From Porticoccaceae bacterium (GTDB taxonomy: Bacteria; Pseudomonadota; Gammaproteobacteria; Pseudomonadales; Porticoccaceae): a stretch of DNA of 64,000 nucleotides. The position numbers and the translations under genes are program-made. The stretch covers positions 2,516-66,515 of the forward strand of contig JALNZZ010000001.1 of NCBI GenBank assembly GCA_023229065.1. Direction: 5' to 3'. Under the pieces are notes generated by a model. The model was not told where the DNA came from and ran no database searches. It saw only the letters and a program-made list of their open reading frames with translations. Of the stretch, positions 28,742 through 40,173 are shown piece after piece (within the stretch, counting starts at the first letter, position 1; each line of letters starts with the position of its first letter).

Positions 28742-29575
28742 ATGACCGACAGTTATGCTGTGTTCGGCAATCCCATTGCCCACTCTCGCTCGCCGGAGAT
28801 TCACAGCCGCTTTGCCGAAGCGACAGGTCAGGAGATGGCCTATCACCGCCAGCTGGTACCAGTGGATGGTTTTGTCGAAGCTGCTGAAGCGTTTTTTCGC
28901 AGTGGCGGCAAAGGACTCAATATTACCCTGCCCTTCAAGCAGGAAGCCTTTGCCTGGGCGACGGAACTGACATCGCGAGCCCGCCGGGCCGGCGCGGTGA
29001 ACACCTTGGTGCCACTGGAGAGTGGCGCTATTCTGGGTGATAACACCGATGGCGCTGGTATGGTGCGCGACATGCTTGCGAATCATGAATGGGGCCTGGC
29101 CGCCCGTCGGGTACTGATACTCGGTGCCGGTGGTGCTGTGCGCGGTGTGTTGGAGCCACTGCTGGCGGAGCGACCGGCGGCGGTGACTATCGCCAATCGC
29201 ACTGCGGCCAAGGCGCTGGAGCTGGCAGGGGCATTCAGTGAGCTGGGCGTGGTAGAAGGTTGTGGCTACGAGGGTTTGGCTGGAAGGTCGTTTGAGGTAG
29301 TGATCAATGGCACCAGCGCCAGTTTGGCTGGCGATTTGCCGCCCCTGCCCGAGGACCTGTTGGCCCCCGGCGCTCGCTGTTACGACATGGCTTACGGGCG
29401 CGAGCCCACGGTGTTCATGGCGTGGGCGGAGCGCCACGGTGCCGCCGCTGTGGCGGACGGCCTGGGTATGTTGGTGGAGCAAGCGGCGGAAGCGTTTTTG
29501 TTGTGGCGGGGGGTGCGCCCCGAGACCGTGCCGGTGATAGAGGCTCTGCGGGCAGACCTGGCATCAGCCGTCTGA
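28742..29575 (+). CDS. aroE: shikimate dehydrogenase
   Basis: [29 protein letters not shown] and [11 protein letters not shown] motifs. Confidence 0.92.
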   Translation: MTDSYAVFGNPIAHSRSPEIHSRFAEATGQEMAYHRQLVPVDGFVEAAEAFFRSGGKGLNITLPFKQEAFAWATELTSRARRAGAVNTLVPLESGAILGDNTDGAGMVRDMLANHEWGLAARRVLILGAGGAVRGVLEPLLAERPAAVTIANRTAAKALELAGAFSELGVVEGCGYEGLAGRSFEVVINGTSASLAGDLPPLPEDLLAPGARCYDMAYGREPTVFMAWAERHGAAAVADGLGMLVEQAAEAFLLWRGVRPETVPVIEALRADLASAV

Positions 29576-30127
29576 CGACTGGCTGGCCTCCTCTGCCAAA
29601 TACTGGTCTTTCAGCTTGACGTAGTTCAGCGGCGAATAAGTAAAGAATTTCCGTTCAGAGTCCTTGAGCGGGCGGCCCTGTTTGCAGGGATTGCCAACAT
29701 AGACAAAGCCGCTTTCCAGGGTTTTGCCGGGTGGGACCATGCAGCCGGCACCGATAATGACTTCATCCTCTACCACCGCACCATCGTTGACGATAGCGCC
29801 ATTGCCCACCAGGATGCGGTTGCCCAAGGTGCAGCCATGCAGGATGGCGCGGTGGCCGATTATCACGTCATCCCCGATGGTCAGCGGCCAGCCGCCGGGG
29901 TTGAAGTCGCTGGCATGGGTGATGTGCAGGACAGCATTGTCCTGAACGTTTGAGCGGTGGCCGATACGAATGCGGTGCATATCGCCGCGAATGACTGCAC
30001 CGGGCCAAACGGAGACATCGTCACCAAGCTCTACGTCGCCGATGACGGTGGCTGCGGGGTCGATATAGGTTCGCTGGCCGAGACGGGGAGTTTTGCCGCC
30101 AAATGAGCGGATGGATGAGCGGGACAT
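29564..30127 (-). CDS. gamma-class carbonic anhydrase-like hexapeptide-repeat protein (YrdA/PaaY-like)
   Basis: Left-handed beta-helix hexapeptide repeats ([45 protein letters not shown]). Start chosen at MSRSSIRSF. Confidence 0.8.
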   Translation of the reverse strand: MSRSSIRSFGGKTPRLGQRTYIDPAATVIGDVELGDDVSVWPGAVIRGDMHRIRIGHRSNVQDNAVLHITHASDFNPGGWPLTIGDDVIIGHRAILHGCTLGNRILVGNGAIVNDGAVVEDEVIIGAGCMVPPGKTLESGFVYVGNPCKQGRPLKDSERKFFTYSPLNYVKLKDQYLAEEASQSSDG

Positions 30128-30200
30128 GGCGGATTCCTGTGCTGCCTGATGCGGGAGGGCTATAATAAGCTTCCGCGGGGCTGAATCAAGAGTGGTGTCT

Positions 30201-30440
30201 ATGACTGTGGTAAAACGTTTTATCGCCGGGGCCGTGTGTCCGCGTTGCGCGGCTATGGACCGCATCGTGATGTACAGCGAGAACGGCAAGCAGTTCCGCG
30301 AGTGTGTCAGCTGTGGTTATCGTGACGAAATGCTCCTCCAATCCTCCCCTCGAGAGCTGGATACTCGAGTCAATCGCAGTGAGGAAGAGCGCCGCGACGA
30401 GGTTCGACCAGTGAAACTAATAGATCCTAAAGCTGTTTGA
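30201..30440 (+). CDS. YheV-family zinc-ribbon protein
   Basis: FIAGAVCPRC..MDRI..RECVSCGY has two CxxC pairs. About 79 aa. Divergent from the yrdA-like gene, as in enterobacteria (from memory). Confidence 0.65.
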   Translation: MTVVKRFIAGAVCPRCAAMDRIVMYSENGKQFRECVSCGYRDEMLLQSSPRELDTRVNRSEEERRDEVRPVKLIDPKAV

Positions 30441-30508
30441 CCTGCCGGCGCTGAAGGGAGGAGCCTACCTTTCCAGCCTTGCCGTTTCTTGTGCTCTGTC
30501 TCACTTCT

Positions 30509-31144
30509 TTAATGAATCGTCGGCGGCAGCCGGAAGATATCTCCCGCCAGGCTATCCTGTAAGCACGGCCAGCGCTGCATCAGCGCTTTTGTCAAAGTGG
30601 CCGATGGTGCTTTCTGTCCCGCAGCCGGTGATGGCGGCGCCCAGCCGCTGACTAAATCACTGCTCAGCAGGCTCGCGGCGCTGTCCAACTGATTGGCGAA
30701 GCCTTCACCGATCAGTTGGTGGATCACCAGGTTGGAGCGCGTGCTATCAAGGGGAATTAAGGCTTGTCCATGGACCACCAGGTGGTGGTCGCTGGTTTCC
30801 TCAATCAGTCGATGAGCCAGGTAGGCGCTACTCATGGCGCCATTCAATCCCAGGTGACCTTGGAGCAGTGGCGGGGGGCGAGCAAATAGTTCTCCGCAGC
30901 TATTTGCCAGTACTTCTGCTCTGTCCTCGGTGCCCTGCAGGGCGTTGAGTTCGAGCAGGGCGTCGAGAATATCTGGCAACCGCCTGACATACTGAGTGAC
31001 GAAGTCGAGCAGCTCGCTAGCGCGGGGCGCAATGGTGCCGTGGAGGCTGTGCAGCCGACTTCGTAGCAGCTGGCTCAGCTCGCCGGTCCGCTGCTCGTGG
31101 TGTTCGGCATTTGCGATGATGGTGCGTAGATTGACGGTATCCAT
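30509..31144 (-). CDS. hypothetical protein
   Basis: 211-aa ORF from MDTVNLRTIIANAEHHE with codon usage similar to its neighbours. No motif I recognise. Confidence 0.45.
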   Translation of the reverse strand: MDTVNLRTIIANAEHHEQRTGELSQLLRSRLHSLHGTIAPRASELLDFVTQYVRRLPDILDALLELNALQGTEDRAEVLANSCGELFARPPPLLQGHLGLNGAMSSAYLAHRLIEETSDHHLVVHGQALIPLDSTRSNLVIHQLIGEGFANQLDSAASLLSSDLVSGWAPPSPAAGQKAPSATLTKALMQRWPCLQDSLAGDIFRLPPTIH

Positions 31145-31449
31145 GAAGAAAAAGCTAGCTCCGTAGTGCCAGATTGCAAAGAACCAAAGTGCATATAAGA
31201 GGCTCTTCAAGATTGAGTCTGTCTCGCCAAGGCCCGTCTGGCCTACAAACAAGCAGTTTTTGGGTGCTTTATTATCCCGAGGAAAAAAGCCTGTTTATTT
31301 GCGCTGGATCATGGTTTTTCTACCGTGACTGTCGCGGAATTGTTCTGCTATACTCGGGCGACTGTCCGGGTAGACAGCGCTTTTTCTTGCTACGGCACTT
31401 CTGCACGGAGACGAGAACTCTACTAAATTAATAATGGAGAAAACGGGCG

Positions 31450-32604
31450 ATGCTAGCTAATGCCAAGCAGTTCATCATGCGCGTGCTTACTCCTTTTCTG
31501 CTATTTCCATTGGCTGCCGCCGCCCAGGCGCAACAGAGTGGAACATGGCGAGAGGTGTTAAACATGACGCCGGGCGTCACGGAAGTGAGTCGGCAAATCT
31601 ACGATCTACACATGATTATCCTCTGGATCTGTGTAGCAATAGGTACAGCGGTATTTGCCGTGATGTTCTACAGTGTGATAGTGCATCGGAAGTCTCGGGG
31701 TTATAAAGCAGCAAACTTTCATGAAAGCACTACCGTAGAAATCATCTGGACCGTCGTCCCCGCTCTTATTCTCGTCATCATCGCCATCCCCGCCACCAAA
31801 ACCCTCGTCAATCTCTACGATACTTCCGATGCTGAACTGGACGTCAAAGTTACTGGTTACCAGTGGCGTTGGCAGTACGAGTATCTGGGCGAGGGCGTGC
31901 AGTTTATGAGCGATCTGTCATCCAGTAATGACCAGATCTATAACCGTGAAGAAAAAGGTGAGTTCTATCTCGCTGAGGTCACCGAGCCGCTGGTGATTCC
32001 TGTCGATACCAAAGTGAGATTTCTGATCACTGCCAACGATGTTATCCACTCCTGGTGGATGACCGACTTCGGGGTCAAGAAGGACGCTATACCAGGCTAT
32101 ATCAATGAAACCTGGGCACGAGTCGATAAAACCGGTGTGTATCGCGGTTATTGTGCCGAGCTGTGTGGTCAGGGCCATGCCTTTATGCCGGTGGTAGTTC
32201 ATGTGGTGGAAAAGGACGAGTTCGCTCAGTGGCTCGATGATAAAAAAGCCGAAGCCGAAACTCTTCGCGAGTTGGCATCCCAGCAGTTTTCCCTGGAAGA
32301 GCTGATGGAGCGCGGCGAAGGTGTTCACAACCGTACTTGCTCTGCTTGTCACCAGACCAGCGGTGAAGGCATTGCCGGCGTGTTCCCACCTATTAAGGGA
32401 AGCGCTCTGGCTTTGGGACCTGTAGAAGACCACATGAATATCGTGGTGAATGGTTCTCCCGGCACCGCCATGCAGGCGTTCGGCGGTCAGCTCTCCGAGG
32501 TGGATATCGCCGCGGTGCTTACCTACCAGCGCAATGCCTGGGGTAACGACACCGGCGATGTGGTCCAGCCCGTCGATGTTCTCATGTTCAAACAGGGCCA
32601 GTAA
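31450..32604 (+). CDS. coxB: cytochrome c oxidase subunit II with fused C-terminal cytochrome c domain
   Basis: CuA site CAELCGQGHAFM, C-terminal heme motif CSACH, two N-terminal TM helices. Confidence 0.93.
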   Translation: MLANAKQFIMRVLTPFLLFPLAAAAQAQQSGTWREVLNMTPGVTEVSRQIYDLHMIILWICVAIGTAVFAVMFYSVIVHRKSRGYKAANFHESTTVEIIWTVVPALILVIIAIPATKTLVNLYDTSDAELDVKVTGYQWRWQYEYLGEGVQFMSDLSSSNDQIYNREEKGEFYLAEVTEPLVIPVDTKVRFLITANDVIHSWWMTDFGVKKDAIPGYINETWARVDKTGVYRGYCAELCGQGHAFMPVVVHVVEKDEFAQWLDDKKAEAETLRELASQQFSLEELMERGEGVHNRTCSACHQTSGEGIAGVFPPIKGSALALGPVEDHMNIVVNGSPGTAMQAFGGQLSEVDIAAVLTYQRNAWGNDTGDVVQPVDVLMFKQGQ

Positions 32605-32619
32605 CGGAGGATTAAAGTC

Positions 32620-34173
32620 ATGGCACACGGTCCCGCTAAAGGTATTGGTCGCTGGCTCTTCACCACGAACCATAAAGACATTGGCACAATGTATCTTTGG
32701 TTCAGCTTTTCCATGTTCTTTCTGGGTGGCTTTTTCGCGATGGTTATTCGCGCTGAATTATTTGCCCCTGGTATGCAGCTCGTCGACCCCAACTTTTTCA
32801 ACCAGATGACTACCATGCACGGGCTGGTAATGGTGTTCGGCGCCATCATGCCCGCCTTCGTGGGGTTGGCCAACTGGATGATTCCACTGCAGATTGGCGC
32901 GCCTGATATGGCTCTGCCGAGAATGAATAACCTGAGTTTCTGGATTCTGCCCTGTGCGTTCATCGTTTTGGCGTCCACACTATTTATGGAGGGCGGTGCT
33001 CCCAACTTTGGTTGGACTTTCTATGCGCCTCTCTCCACTACCTATGCGCCAGCGTCGGTAAATTACTTTATCTTCGCTCTCCACATCATGGGCGCGTCGT
33101 CGATCATGGGCTCCATCAATATCATCGCCACTATTCTCAATATGCGTGCCCCCGGTATGACGCTGATGAAAATGCCGATGTTCGCTTGGACCTGGCTTAT
33201 CACTGCCTTCCTGTTAGTAGCGGTGATGCCGGTACTGGCTGGCGCTGTTACCATGATTTTGATGGATATTAACTTCGGTACCAGTTTCTTCGACGCCGCT
33301 GGTGGCGGGGACCCGGTGTTGTTCCAGCATGTCTTCTGGTTCTTCGGGCACCCCGAGGTATACATCATCATCCTCCCTGCTTTTGGTGTGATTTCTGCAA
33401 TTATCCCCACCTTTAGTCGCAAGCCGCTGTTTGGCTATTCATCCATGGTGTATGCCACTGCAGCCATTGCCTTCCTGTCCTTTATCGTGTGGGCGCACCA
33501 CATGTTTACGGTCGGAATGCCGATCGCAGGTGAGCTGTATTTTATGTATGCCACCATGCTGATCGCGGTGCCCACTGGCGTGAAAGTGTTTAACTGGGTG
33601 ACCACCATGTTCAGGGGGTCAATCAGCCTGGAAACCCCAATGCTGTTTGCCATTGCCTTTGTGATCCTGTTTACCATCGGTGGTTTCACTGGTGTGATGC
33701 TGGCGCTCGCACCGGCAGATATCCAGTACCACGATACCTACTTTGTGGTGGCTCACTTCCACTATGTGATGGTGGCCGGTGCGGTATTCTCGGGGACTGG
33801 CGCTGTCTACTACTGGCTGCCCAAATGGTGTGGCCGCATGTATAACGAGGCGCTGGGCAAAGTGCAGTTCTGGCTTGCATTCATCGGCTTCAACATCGCT
33901 TTCTTCCCGCAGCACTTCCTGGGGCTAGCCGGTATGCCCCGTCGCTACGCCGATTACTCCTTGCAGTTTGCCGATTGGAATATGGTGTCCAGCGTGGGCG
34001 CTTTTATGTACGGCGCGGCGCAGGTGCTGCTTCTTTACAACGTGCTGAGCACCGTTATCGCGGGCAAGAAGGTGACTGAGCCCAAGACGTGGGAAGGGGC
34101 GGAAGGCCTGGAGTGGACAGTGCCAACACCTGCTCCCTACCACACTTTCACTACGCCACCCGAGGTGAAGTGA
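32620..34173 (+). CDS. coxA: cytochrome c oxidase subunit I
   Basis: [22 protein letters not shown] and HFHYVM motifs. 517 aa. Confidence 0.97.
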   Translation: MAHGPAKGIGRWLFTTNHKDIGTMYLWFSFSMFFLGGFFAMVIRAELFAPGMQLVDPNFFNQMTTMHGLVMVFGAIMPAFVGLANWMIPLQIGAPDMALPRMNNLSFWILPCAFIVLASTLFMEGGAPNFGWTFYAPLSTTYAPASVNYFIFALHIMGASSIMGSINIIATILNMRAPGMTLMKMPMFAWTWLITAFLLVAVMPVLAGAVTMILMDINFGTSFFDAAGGGDPVLFQHVFWFFGHPEVYIIILPAFGVISAIIPTFSRKPLFGYSSMVYATAAIAFLSFIVWAHHMFTVGMPIAGELYFMYATMLIAVPTGVKVFNWVTTMFRGSISLETPMLFAIAFVILFTIGGFTGVMLALAPADIQYHDTYFVVAHFHYVMVAGAVFSGTGAVYYWLPKWCGRMYNEALGKVQFWLAFIGFNIAFFPQHFLGLAGMPRRYADYSLQFADWNMVSSVGAFMYGAAQVLLLYNVLSTVIAGKKVTEPKTWEGAEGLEWTVPTPAPYHTFTTPPEVK

Positions 34174-34208
34174 CTACACTGTAACTGTAGCAACGAGAGG
34201 AGGTAAGC

Positions 34209-34763
34209 ATGGCTACTGCTGTTCATAAGACACTGATAAAACTGAGTGTTGGCGCGGTTGTTATGTTTGCCTTCGCCATGTTTGCAATGCCACCTCTGTA
34301 TACCATGTTTTGTGAAGTAACGGGTATCGGGATCAACACTGGCGAGCCGTATGTCGCGACAGAGGCAGGTATTGATGAAAGTCGCACCGTGCGAGTGCAA
34401 TTCGTCACCACCAATAATGCTGAAATGCCCTGGCAGTTTGCGCCTAGCATCCACGAAGTGAGAGTTCATCCCGGTGAGCCGACGCCGGTAACTTTTTGGG
34501 CTCACAACACCACCGACAATGATATGGTGGGTCAAGCCATTCCCAATGTGGCGCCCTTTAATGCGGCTCAGTACTTTCACAAGACGGAATGTTTTTGCTT
34601 TAACAACCAGCCGCTGGCGGCCGGTGAAAAGGCAGACTTGCCTTTGGTCTTCATTGTGGACCCGGATCTGCCTCCGGCAGTGAAAACCATCACTCTGTCG
34701 TACACCATGTTTGATATCACGGATCGCCAGAGCGGCGGCCCTGTAGCAGCCACAACAAACTGA
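34209..34763 (+). CDS. ctaG: cytochrome c oxidase assembly protein CtaG/Cox11
   Basis: FCEVTGIG and copper-binding TECFCF motifs. 184 aa. Confidence 0.9.
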   Translation: MATAVHKTLIKLSVGAVVMFAFAMFAMPPLYTMFCEVTGIGINTGEPYVATEAGIDESRTVRVQFVTTNNAEMPWQFAPSIHEVRVHPGEPTPVTFWAHNTTDNDMVGQAIPNVAPFNAAQYFHKTECFCFNNQPLAAGEKADLPLVFIVDPDLPPAVKTITLSYTMFDITDRQSGGPVAATTN

Positions 34764-34809
34764 AGAGCAATAGCGCGCCCGGGTAGGGGTGTTAATTCGG
34801 AGAGCAATA

Positions 34810-35694
34810 ATGATGGCAACTGAAAGCAGTACTTACTATGTACCGGAGCAAAGCAAGCTTCCGGTAGTGACCGGCATTGGTCTGGGTGTCATGGCTTGGG
34901 GAGCGGCCACCTGGGCAAAAGGCGGCTCAAGCATGGTTTTCCTGGTGGGTGTGTTGATTCTGGGCACGGCGCTTTTCAGCTGGTTTAGCACTGTCATTCG
35001 GGAGAATCGCGCTGGTCTCACCAACGACCAGCTCAAGCGCTCCTATGTGTGGGCCATGACCTGGTTTATCTTCTCCGAAGCAATGTTTTTTGCCGTGCTC
35101 TTCGGCTCCCTGTTTTATGTGCGTGTGTTGGCATTGCCGTGGCTCAGTGAAGGCCCTACCCAGGAATTGCTGTGGAACGGGTTTGAAGCTTCATGGCCCC
35201 TGTTCGTTACCCCCGACATGGCTGTTGCCGGGGAGGCGGCGCGGGTAAAGGGCCCTGATGCCATCATCGACCCCTGGCATCTGCCACTGATCAATACCCT
35301 GATCCTGATGGCGTCCAGTGTCACTCTCCATGTCGCTCACACAGCGCTTAAAAAAAATAGTCGCAAGCCGTTTCTTATTTGGCTGGGCATCACGGTCGTG
35401 CTGGGTATCACTTTCTTGTTCTTTCAGGTCGAAGAATATATTGAAGCCTACAGAGAGCTGGGTTTGACCCTTGGTTCGGGTATCTACGGCACAACTTTCT
35501 TTATGCTCACCGGTTTCCATGGCGCCCACGTGACGCTGGGTACCTTTATGCTGTTGGTGCAATGGCTTCGAGGTCTCAAGGGGCACTTCAGCCACGATGA
35601 TGCCTTTGGCTTTGAAGCGTCTTCCTGGTATTGGCACTTTGTCGACGTAGTGTGGGTCGGGCTGTTTATCTTTGTCTATGTGTTGGGCTCCTGA
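34810..35694 (+). CDS. coxC: cytochrome c oxidase subunit III
   Basis: FFMLTGFHGAHVTLG and WYWHFVDVVW motifs. ATG chosen after the GGAGAG SD. Confidence 0.93.
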   Translation: MMATESSTYYVPEQSKLPVVTGIGLGVMAWGAATWAKGGSSMVFLVGVLILGTALFSWFSTVIRENRAGLTNDQLKRSYVWAMTWFIFSEAMFFAVLFGSLFYVRVLALPWLSEGPTQELLWNGFEASWPLFVTPDMAVAGEAARVKGPDAIIDPWHLPLINTLILMASSVTLHVAHTALKKNSRKPFLIWLGITVVLGITFLFFQVEEYIEAYRELGLTLGSGIYGTTFFMLTGFHGAHVTLGTFMLLVQWLRGLKGHFSHDDAFGFEASSWYWHFVDVVWVGLFIFVYVLGS

Positions 35695-35746
35695 TCGCTG
35701 CTGACGGGGGCCGCGTTTAGGTAGAGTTCGACAGTGGGGCTTCACT

Positions 35747-35775
35747 AAAAATGGCCAGGCGACCCTGGCCATTTT
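35747..35775. terminator. bidirectional intrinsic terminator between coxC and the DUF2909 gene
   Basis: AAAA-ATGGCCAGG-cgac-CCTGGCCAT-TTT: a 9-bp perfect stem flanked by an A-run and a T-run. Confidence 0.7.
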
Positions 35776-35801
35776 GCTGTTATCCTCTTTAGCGAGCAGA
35801 T

Positions 35802-36050
35802 TTAGGGGCGCGGTGCTGTGTGATGTGGATGCAGCTGCTGGTCCCAAGGTGCGGTACTGCCTAGCTTACCGCTGACAAAGCCATAAGTGATGGCTCCCAG
35901 CAGCAGGGCGGCAAGTGTGACGCGCACTCCGAGGCTATGGAGCAGGCGCCGTCGCGAATTGCCAGCATCTTGAATCAGGAAGTACAGACCGCTGCTGAGA
36001 CTTATCAACACCGCAACAAACAGCACGACAATAATGATTTTTAAAAGCAT
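35802..36050 (-). CDS. twin-transmembrane small protein (DUF2909-like)
   Basis: 82 aa with two hydrophobic helices. Conserved position inside gammaproteobacterial cox clusters (from memory). Confidence 0.6.
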   Translation of the reverse strand: MLLKIIIVVLFVAVLISLSSGLYFLIQDAGNSRRRLLHSLGVRVTLAALLLGAITYGFVSGKLGSTAPWDQQLHPHHTAPRP

Positions 36051-36087
36051 AGTAGTGTCCGCGTGGAATGGGGTGATTTAAACACAG

Positions 36088-36855
36088 ATGGGTGATGGGG
36101 CGAAGCTGACGGGTGCCAAGGGTTTTCACTGGCGGATCAACTGGCTGATACTGGTCTTTGCCGGCATATTTTTGCCTCTCACCCTTGCACTCGGCTATTG
36201 GCAGCTGGGCCGTGCAGAGGAAAAGACAGCCTTGCTCGCGGCCAGCCTGGCCAATGAGCTGGCGCCACCTGTAACACTGGCAGAGCTGAGTCGCGCAGAA
36301 GATTACAATTATCGTCGTGTGCAGGTCAGTGGCTCCTTCGACAATCAACGTACGATATTGTTGCAGAATCGGGTACGCAACGGCCTGCCAGGGTATGAGG
36401 TTGTCGAGCCTTTCCAGGAGGCCAGGAGTGGCCGCTGGCTGCTGGTGAATCGTGGTTGGCTGCCCGGTGCAGCGGGTAACAAACCGCCGCTGGTTGTACC
36501 GGTAGAAGGCAAAGTATTGCTCAGTGGTCATCTTTACCGTTCACTGGGAGAACCCTTCACTCTCGGTGAAGAGCAGTGGCGTGAGGGCTGGCCGCAGGTG
36601 CTGCAAAATCTTGAAACTGAAGCGCTGGCTGAACGCCTGGGTGTGGTCCTCTATCCCTATACCTTAAGACTGGATATAGAGTCGCCCGGTGCTCTGACAG
36701 TAGGTTGGCCGAAAGTTAATATTCAACCGGAAAAGCATCGAGCCTATGCCGTCCAGTGGTTTGCTATGGCTGCTGCACTGGTGATGTTGTCCGTTTTTGC
36801 GAATTCAAACCTGGGCGAAGTGATTCGCCGCGTATGGAGAAGACCTAATGAGTGA
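36088..36855 (+). CDS. SURF1-family cytochrome oxidase biogenesis protein
   Basis: N-terminal TM then LGYWQLGRAEEK, VNRGWLP, and a C-terminal TM with HRAYAVQWFAMA. Confidence 0.85.
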   Translation: MGDGAKLTGAKGFHWRINWLILVFAGIFLPLTLALGYWQLGRAEEKTALLAASLANELAPPVTLAELSRAEDYNYRRVQVSGSFDNQRTILLQNRVRNGLPGYEVVEPFQEARSGRWLLVNRGWLPGAAGNKPPLVVPVEGKVLLSGHLYRSLGEPFTLGEEQWREGWPQVLQNLETEALAERLGVVLYPYTLRLDIESPGALTVGWPKVNIQPEKHRAYAVQWFAMAAALVMLSVFANSNLGEVIRRVWRRPNE

Positions 36856-37471
36856 GGGCGCCAAGAGCTATAGTGCACCCCTGCAGATCGTGTTGATGTT
36901 GGGAATAGTCATTGCCACTATCATCGCTGGCTATCTGATGACCCCGCGCACCGATGAAGCACGTCAATCCCTGGTGGAAACGCTGGGGACCAAAAACAAA
37001 GGTGTATTGTTGTCGCCTACCCTCGATATTGATGCCTTGGCGTTACAGCGAGGCGACGGGACTCGCTGGAGTATTCCTCAGGGAAGCTTGCGCTGGCGCA
37101 TCCTGATTCCCGCTGTGGATCAGTGCAATGAAGAATGCCGACAGATGCTCTATATCACCCGCCAAATCCATATCCGTCTTAATAAGCAGGCGAACAGGGT
37201 GGAGCGCGCTTACGTATCCCTCGGTGAAGAGGTTGATCCGTCGTTTAAGGAATTCCTCGATCAAGAACACCCCTATACGCTAGCCCTCAGGACCGATCGG
37301 GAGCACTTCGAAAGCTGGCTGGCGGGTAGCCAGCTCGACTGGCAGCCCGACAAGCAGGTGGCGATTCTGGTGGACCCCGTTGGGCGCGCCATGATGTTCT
37401 ACACCAGTGACGATCCGGGCACGGATATTCTGTTGGATCTAGAGCATTTGCTCAAACACTCTCCCCAGTAG
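36848..37471 (+). CDS. membrane-anchored hypothetical protein of the cox biogenesis cluster
   Basis: 207 aa with a single N-terminal TM (LQIVLMLGIVIATIIAGYL). Overlaps the SURF1 stop by 8 nt. Contains a CNEEC motif. Confidence 0.55.
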   Translation: MSEGAKSYSAPLQIVLMLGIVIATIIAGYLMTPRTDEARQSLVETLGTKNKGVLLSPTLDIDALALQRGDGTRWSIPQGSLRWRILIPAVDQCNEECRQMLYITRQIHIRLNKQANRVERAYVSLGEEVDPSFKEFLDQEHPYTLALRTDREHFESWLAGSQLDWQPDKQVAILVDPVGRAMMFYTSDDPGTDILLDLEHLLKHSPQ

Positions 37472-37511
37472 CGGCTGGTGGATTCCTCCTTTTTTGCATG
37501 TTCTGGAGTAA

Positions 37512-38564
37512 ATGCCCATGGCGCTTTTCAATGCATCTTCACTCCGCAAGCCCGGCTTTAGGTTGGCGCTAGTCGCTTTCTGTGTAGCCATTGTCGTGGT
37601 GGCTTTGGGTGCGTTTACCCGCTTGGTGGATGCCGGCCTCGGTTGTCCCGACTGGCCAGGCTGTTACGGCCACTTACTGTGGCCGATCCAGGAACACAAT
37701 GTCACCCGCGCAAACGAAATTTGGCCGGATAATCCCGTCGAGCACGACAAGACCTGGCCGGAGATGGTACATCGCTATTTTGCCGGCTCCCTTGGTCTGT
37801 TGGTGGTAGCCCTTGCCATCGTGGCGTGGAAGCGCCGCGAAGAGAGTGACCAGCCTTTTCGACTGCCACTGCTCCTGCTCTTTGTGGTGGTCTGGCAAGC
37901 ATTATTCGGTATGTGGACCGTAACCCTCAAGCTGTGGCCGCAAATTGTTACTCTGCACCTGATGGGGGGTATAACAGTGCTGTCTCTGCTGTGGCTGTTG
38001 GTGTTGCGTCTCGACAATCAGCACTGGCAGCTGTCCGAGGGGCTGCACCACAAGAGCCTGAAGCTTCGACCCTGGGTAATCGTCTGTCTGGTGTTAGTCG
38101 CATTGCAAATCATGCTGGGGGGCTGGACGGCTGCTAACTATGCCGCTTACGCCTGTGTGGACTTTCCAACCTGTCGCGGCGATTGGTGGCCAGCCATGGA
38201 CATGGCGACAGGGTTTGATATCTTTCAGACCATCGGCCCCAACTATCTGGGAGGCTTGCTGGAAAGCAATGCCCGGGTCGCCATTCACTATACCCACCGC
38301 ATCGGTGCGTTAGTGGTCAGCCTGGCTCTACTGGTGTTGTGCGTACGCCTGGTGACCATAGGCGAGCGCCGTTTTAGCCGTCTTGCACTGGTGATCTTTG
38401 CTGCTCTAGCACTGCAGGTCGGGCTCGGTATTACCAATGTGCTGATGCATATCCCGCTTTCCGTAGCGGTGCTGCATAACGCTGGTGGTGGCTTGCTGTT
38501 GTTGACCCTGGTCACCCTGGCCTGCAAGCTGTGGAGCGTTGAGAGGAAGGAGCGAGCGGTATGA
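37512..38564 (+). CDS. ctaA: heme A synthase (COX15/CtaA)
   Basis: [12 protein letters not shown] and HRYFAG motifs, eight predicted helices, 350 aa. Confidence 0.88.
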   Translation: MPMALFNASSLRKPGFRLALVAFCVAIVVVALGAFTRLVDAGLGCPDWPGCYGHLLWPIQEHNVTRANEIWPDNPVEHDKTWPEMVHRYFAGSLGLLVVALAIVAWKRREESDQPFRLPLLLLFVVVWQALFGMWTVTLKLWPQIVTLHLMGGITVLSLLWLLVLRLDNQHWQLSEGLHHKSLKLRPWVIVCLVLVALQIMLGGWTAANYAAYACVDFPTCRGDWWPAMDMATGFDIFQTIGPNYLGGLLESNARVAIHYTHRIGALVVSLALLVLCVRLVTIGERRFSRLALVIFAALALQVGLGITNVLMHIPLSVAVLHNAGGGLLLLTLVTLACKLWSVERKERAV

Positions 38565-39466
38565 TAGGTGTGAGCGGCAGCAAAGCGAGTTGGCGCGACT
38601 ACCTGGAGCTCACCAAGCCTAGAGTAGTGGCGCTGATGATACTCACCGCCCTGATTGGCATGTTCCTGGCGGTGCCGGGCATGGTGCCGCCGTCCGTATT
38701 GCTGTGGGGCAACCTGGGCATTGCCCTGTGTGCAGGCTCTGCTGCCACCGTCAATCATTTGGTGGACCGCCATGTCGATACCAAAATGGCGCGCACTTTC
38801 AACCGGCCGATAGCAACGGGGCGAGTCGAGCCACGCAATGCCCTGCTGTTCGCTGTTTTGCTTGGTTTGTCCGGCATGGTCATTCTTGTGGTCTTTATCA
38901 ATGCTCTCACCGCTTGGCTGACCTTGGCGTCACTGGTGGGCTATGCAGTGGTTTACACCCTGTTTCTCAAGCGTGCAACGCCCCAGAACATTGTTATTGG
39001 TGGCCTGGCTGGTGCCGCTCCGCCCCTGCTGGGTTGGACTGCAGTGACGGGTGAAATACATGGCTATGGGCTGTTGCTCGTGCTGATTATTTTTGCCTGG
39101 ACCCCACCCCACTTCTGGGCCTTGGCGGTGCATCGCCGGGATGAGTATGCCAAGGCCAAGGTACCGATGTTGCCAGTGACCCACGGCGATCGCTACACGC
39201 GCCTGCATATCCTCCTCTACACCATCATTATGATCGTCGTGACCGTGATGCCTTTTGTAACTGGCATGAGTGGTTGGCTTTATTTACTCGGAGCACTACT
39301 GCTGGGAGCCTGTTTTCTGTACTGGGCGATCGTGTTAATGATTGGCAGGGATCCCAATGCCGGTATGGCCACTTTCAAGTACTCGATCCTCTACCTGATG
39401 TTGTTATTTATCATCATGTTGCTGGATCACTATCTGGTGGCGCCGCCATTTTTGACCCTGAAGTAA
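38561..39466 (+). CDS. ctaB: protoheme IX farnesyltransferase (heme O synthase)
   Basis: [21 protein letters not shown] and [10 protein letters not shown] motifs. ATGA overlap with ctaA. Confidence 0.93.
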   Translation: MIGVSGSKASWRDYLELTKPRVVALMILTALIGMFLAVPGMVPPSVLLWGNLGIALCAGSAATVNHLVDRHVDTKMARTFNRPIATGRVEPRNALLFAVLLGLSGMVILVVFINALTAWLTLASLVGYAVVYTLFLKRATPQNIVIGGLAGAAPPLLGWTAVTGEIHGYGLLLVLIIFAWTPPHFWALAVHRRDEYAKAKVPMLPVTHGDRYTRLHILLYTIIMIVVTVMPFVTGMSGWLYLLGALLLGACFLYWAIVLMIGRDPNAGMATFKYSILYLMLLFIIMLLDHYLVAPPFLTLK

Positions 39467-39483
39467 CGTCTGTGGAGTGAGTC

Positions 39484-40128
39484 ATGAGCACCAAGCGCAA
39501 TATCTGGATTACCGTGGCAGCCTGTGTTGTCTTTGCTGGGCTGATGATTGCAGGGGTCGTCAACAAGCAGCTCCAGCCGCGGCAGTTAAGTGAGCGTGAG
39601 ATGCACGAACTCGGTGCGATGGTGTTGCAGCAACCTCGCCGCTTCAGTGATTTTGCACTGATAAATCACAAGGGCGAACACTTTGTCCGAGAGGATCTGC
39701 TGGGCAAGTGGACGCTGTTGTTCCCGGGCTTTACCTTCTGTCCAGATATTTGCCCTACCACAATGGGTACCCTCAATAGGCTCTACAATGCTCTGGATGA
39801 GAATGAGCGCGACAACTTGCAGGTGGCATTGCTGACCATTGACCCCGAGCGGGATACGCCACAGCAGCTGGATTCTTATGTGTCTTATTTCAACCCGGCT
39901 TTCCTCGGTCTGACGGGTACACCGGCCCAGATTCTCAATCTGGCGACTCAGCTCAATGTGGTGTACAGCCGGGTACCCCTCGACGGCGACAACTACACCA
40001 TGGATCACAGCAGCAACGTGGTGATCATCAATCCACGGGGGGATTACCACGGTTTCTTCCGTCCCCCACTTGATGAGGGCGCTATGCGCCAGGCTTGGCG
40101 CTCCATGGTGAAAAGTTTTCGGGGTTGA
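39484..40128 (+). CDS. SCO1/SenC copper chaperone
   Basis: N-terminal TM anchor, FTFCPDICPTT (CxxxC) and MDHSS (copper-ligand His) motifs. Confidence 0.9.
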   Translation: MSTKRNIWITVAACVVFAGLMIAGVVNKQLQPRQLSEREMHELGAMVLQQPRRFSDFALINHKGEHFVREDLLGKWTLLFPGFTFCPDICPTTMGTLNRLYNALDENERDNLQVALLTIDPERDTPQQLDSYVSYFNPAFLGLTGTPAQILNLATQLNVVYSRVPLDGDNYTMDHSSNVVIINPRGDYHGFFRPPLDEGAMRQAWRSMVKSFRG

Positions 40129-40173
40129 GTCTCGCTGTACCGGAGCGAAGCTGCCTCGCCAGGCCAGCTGAGG

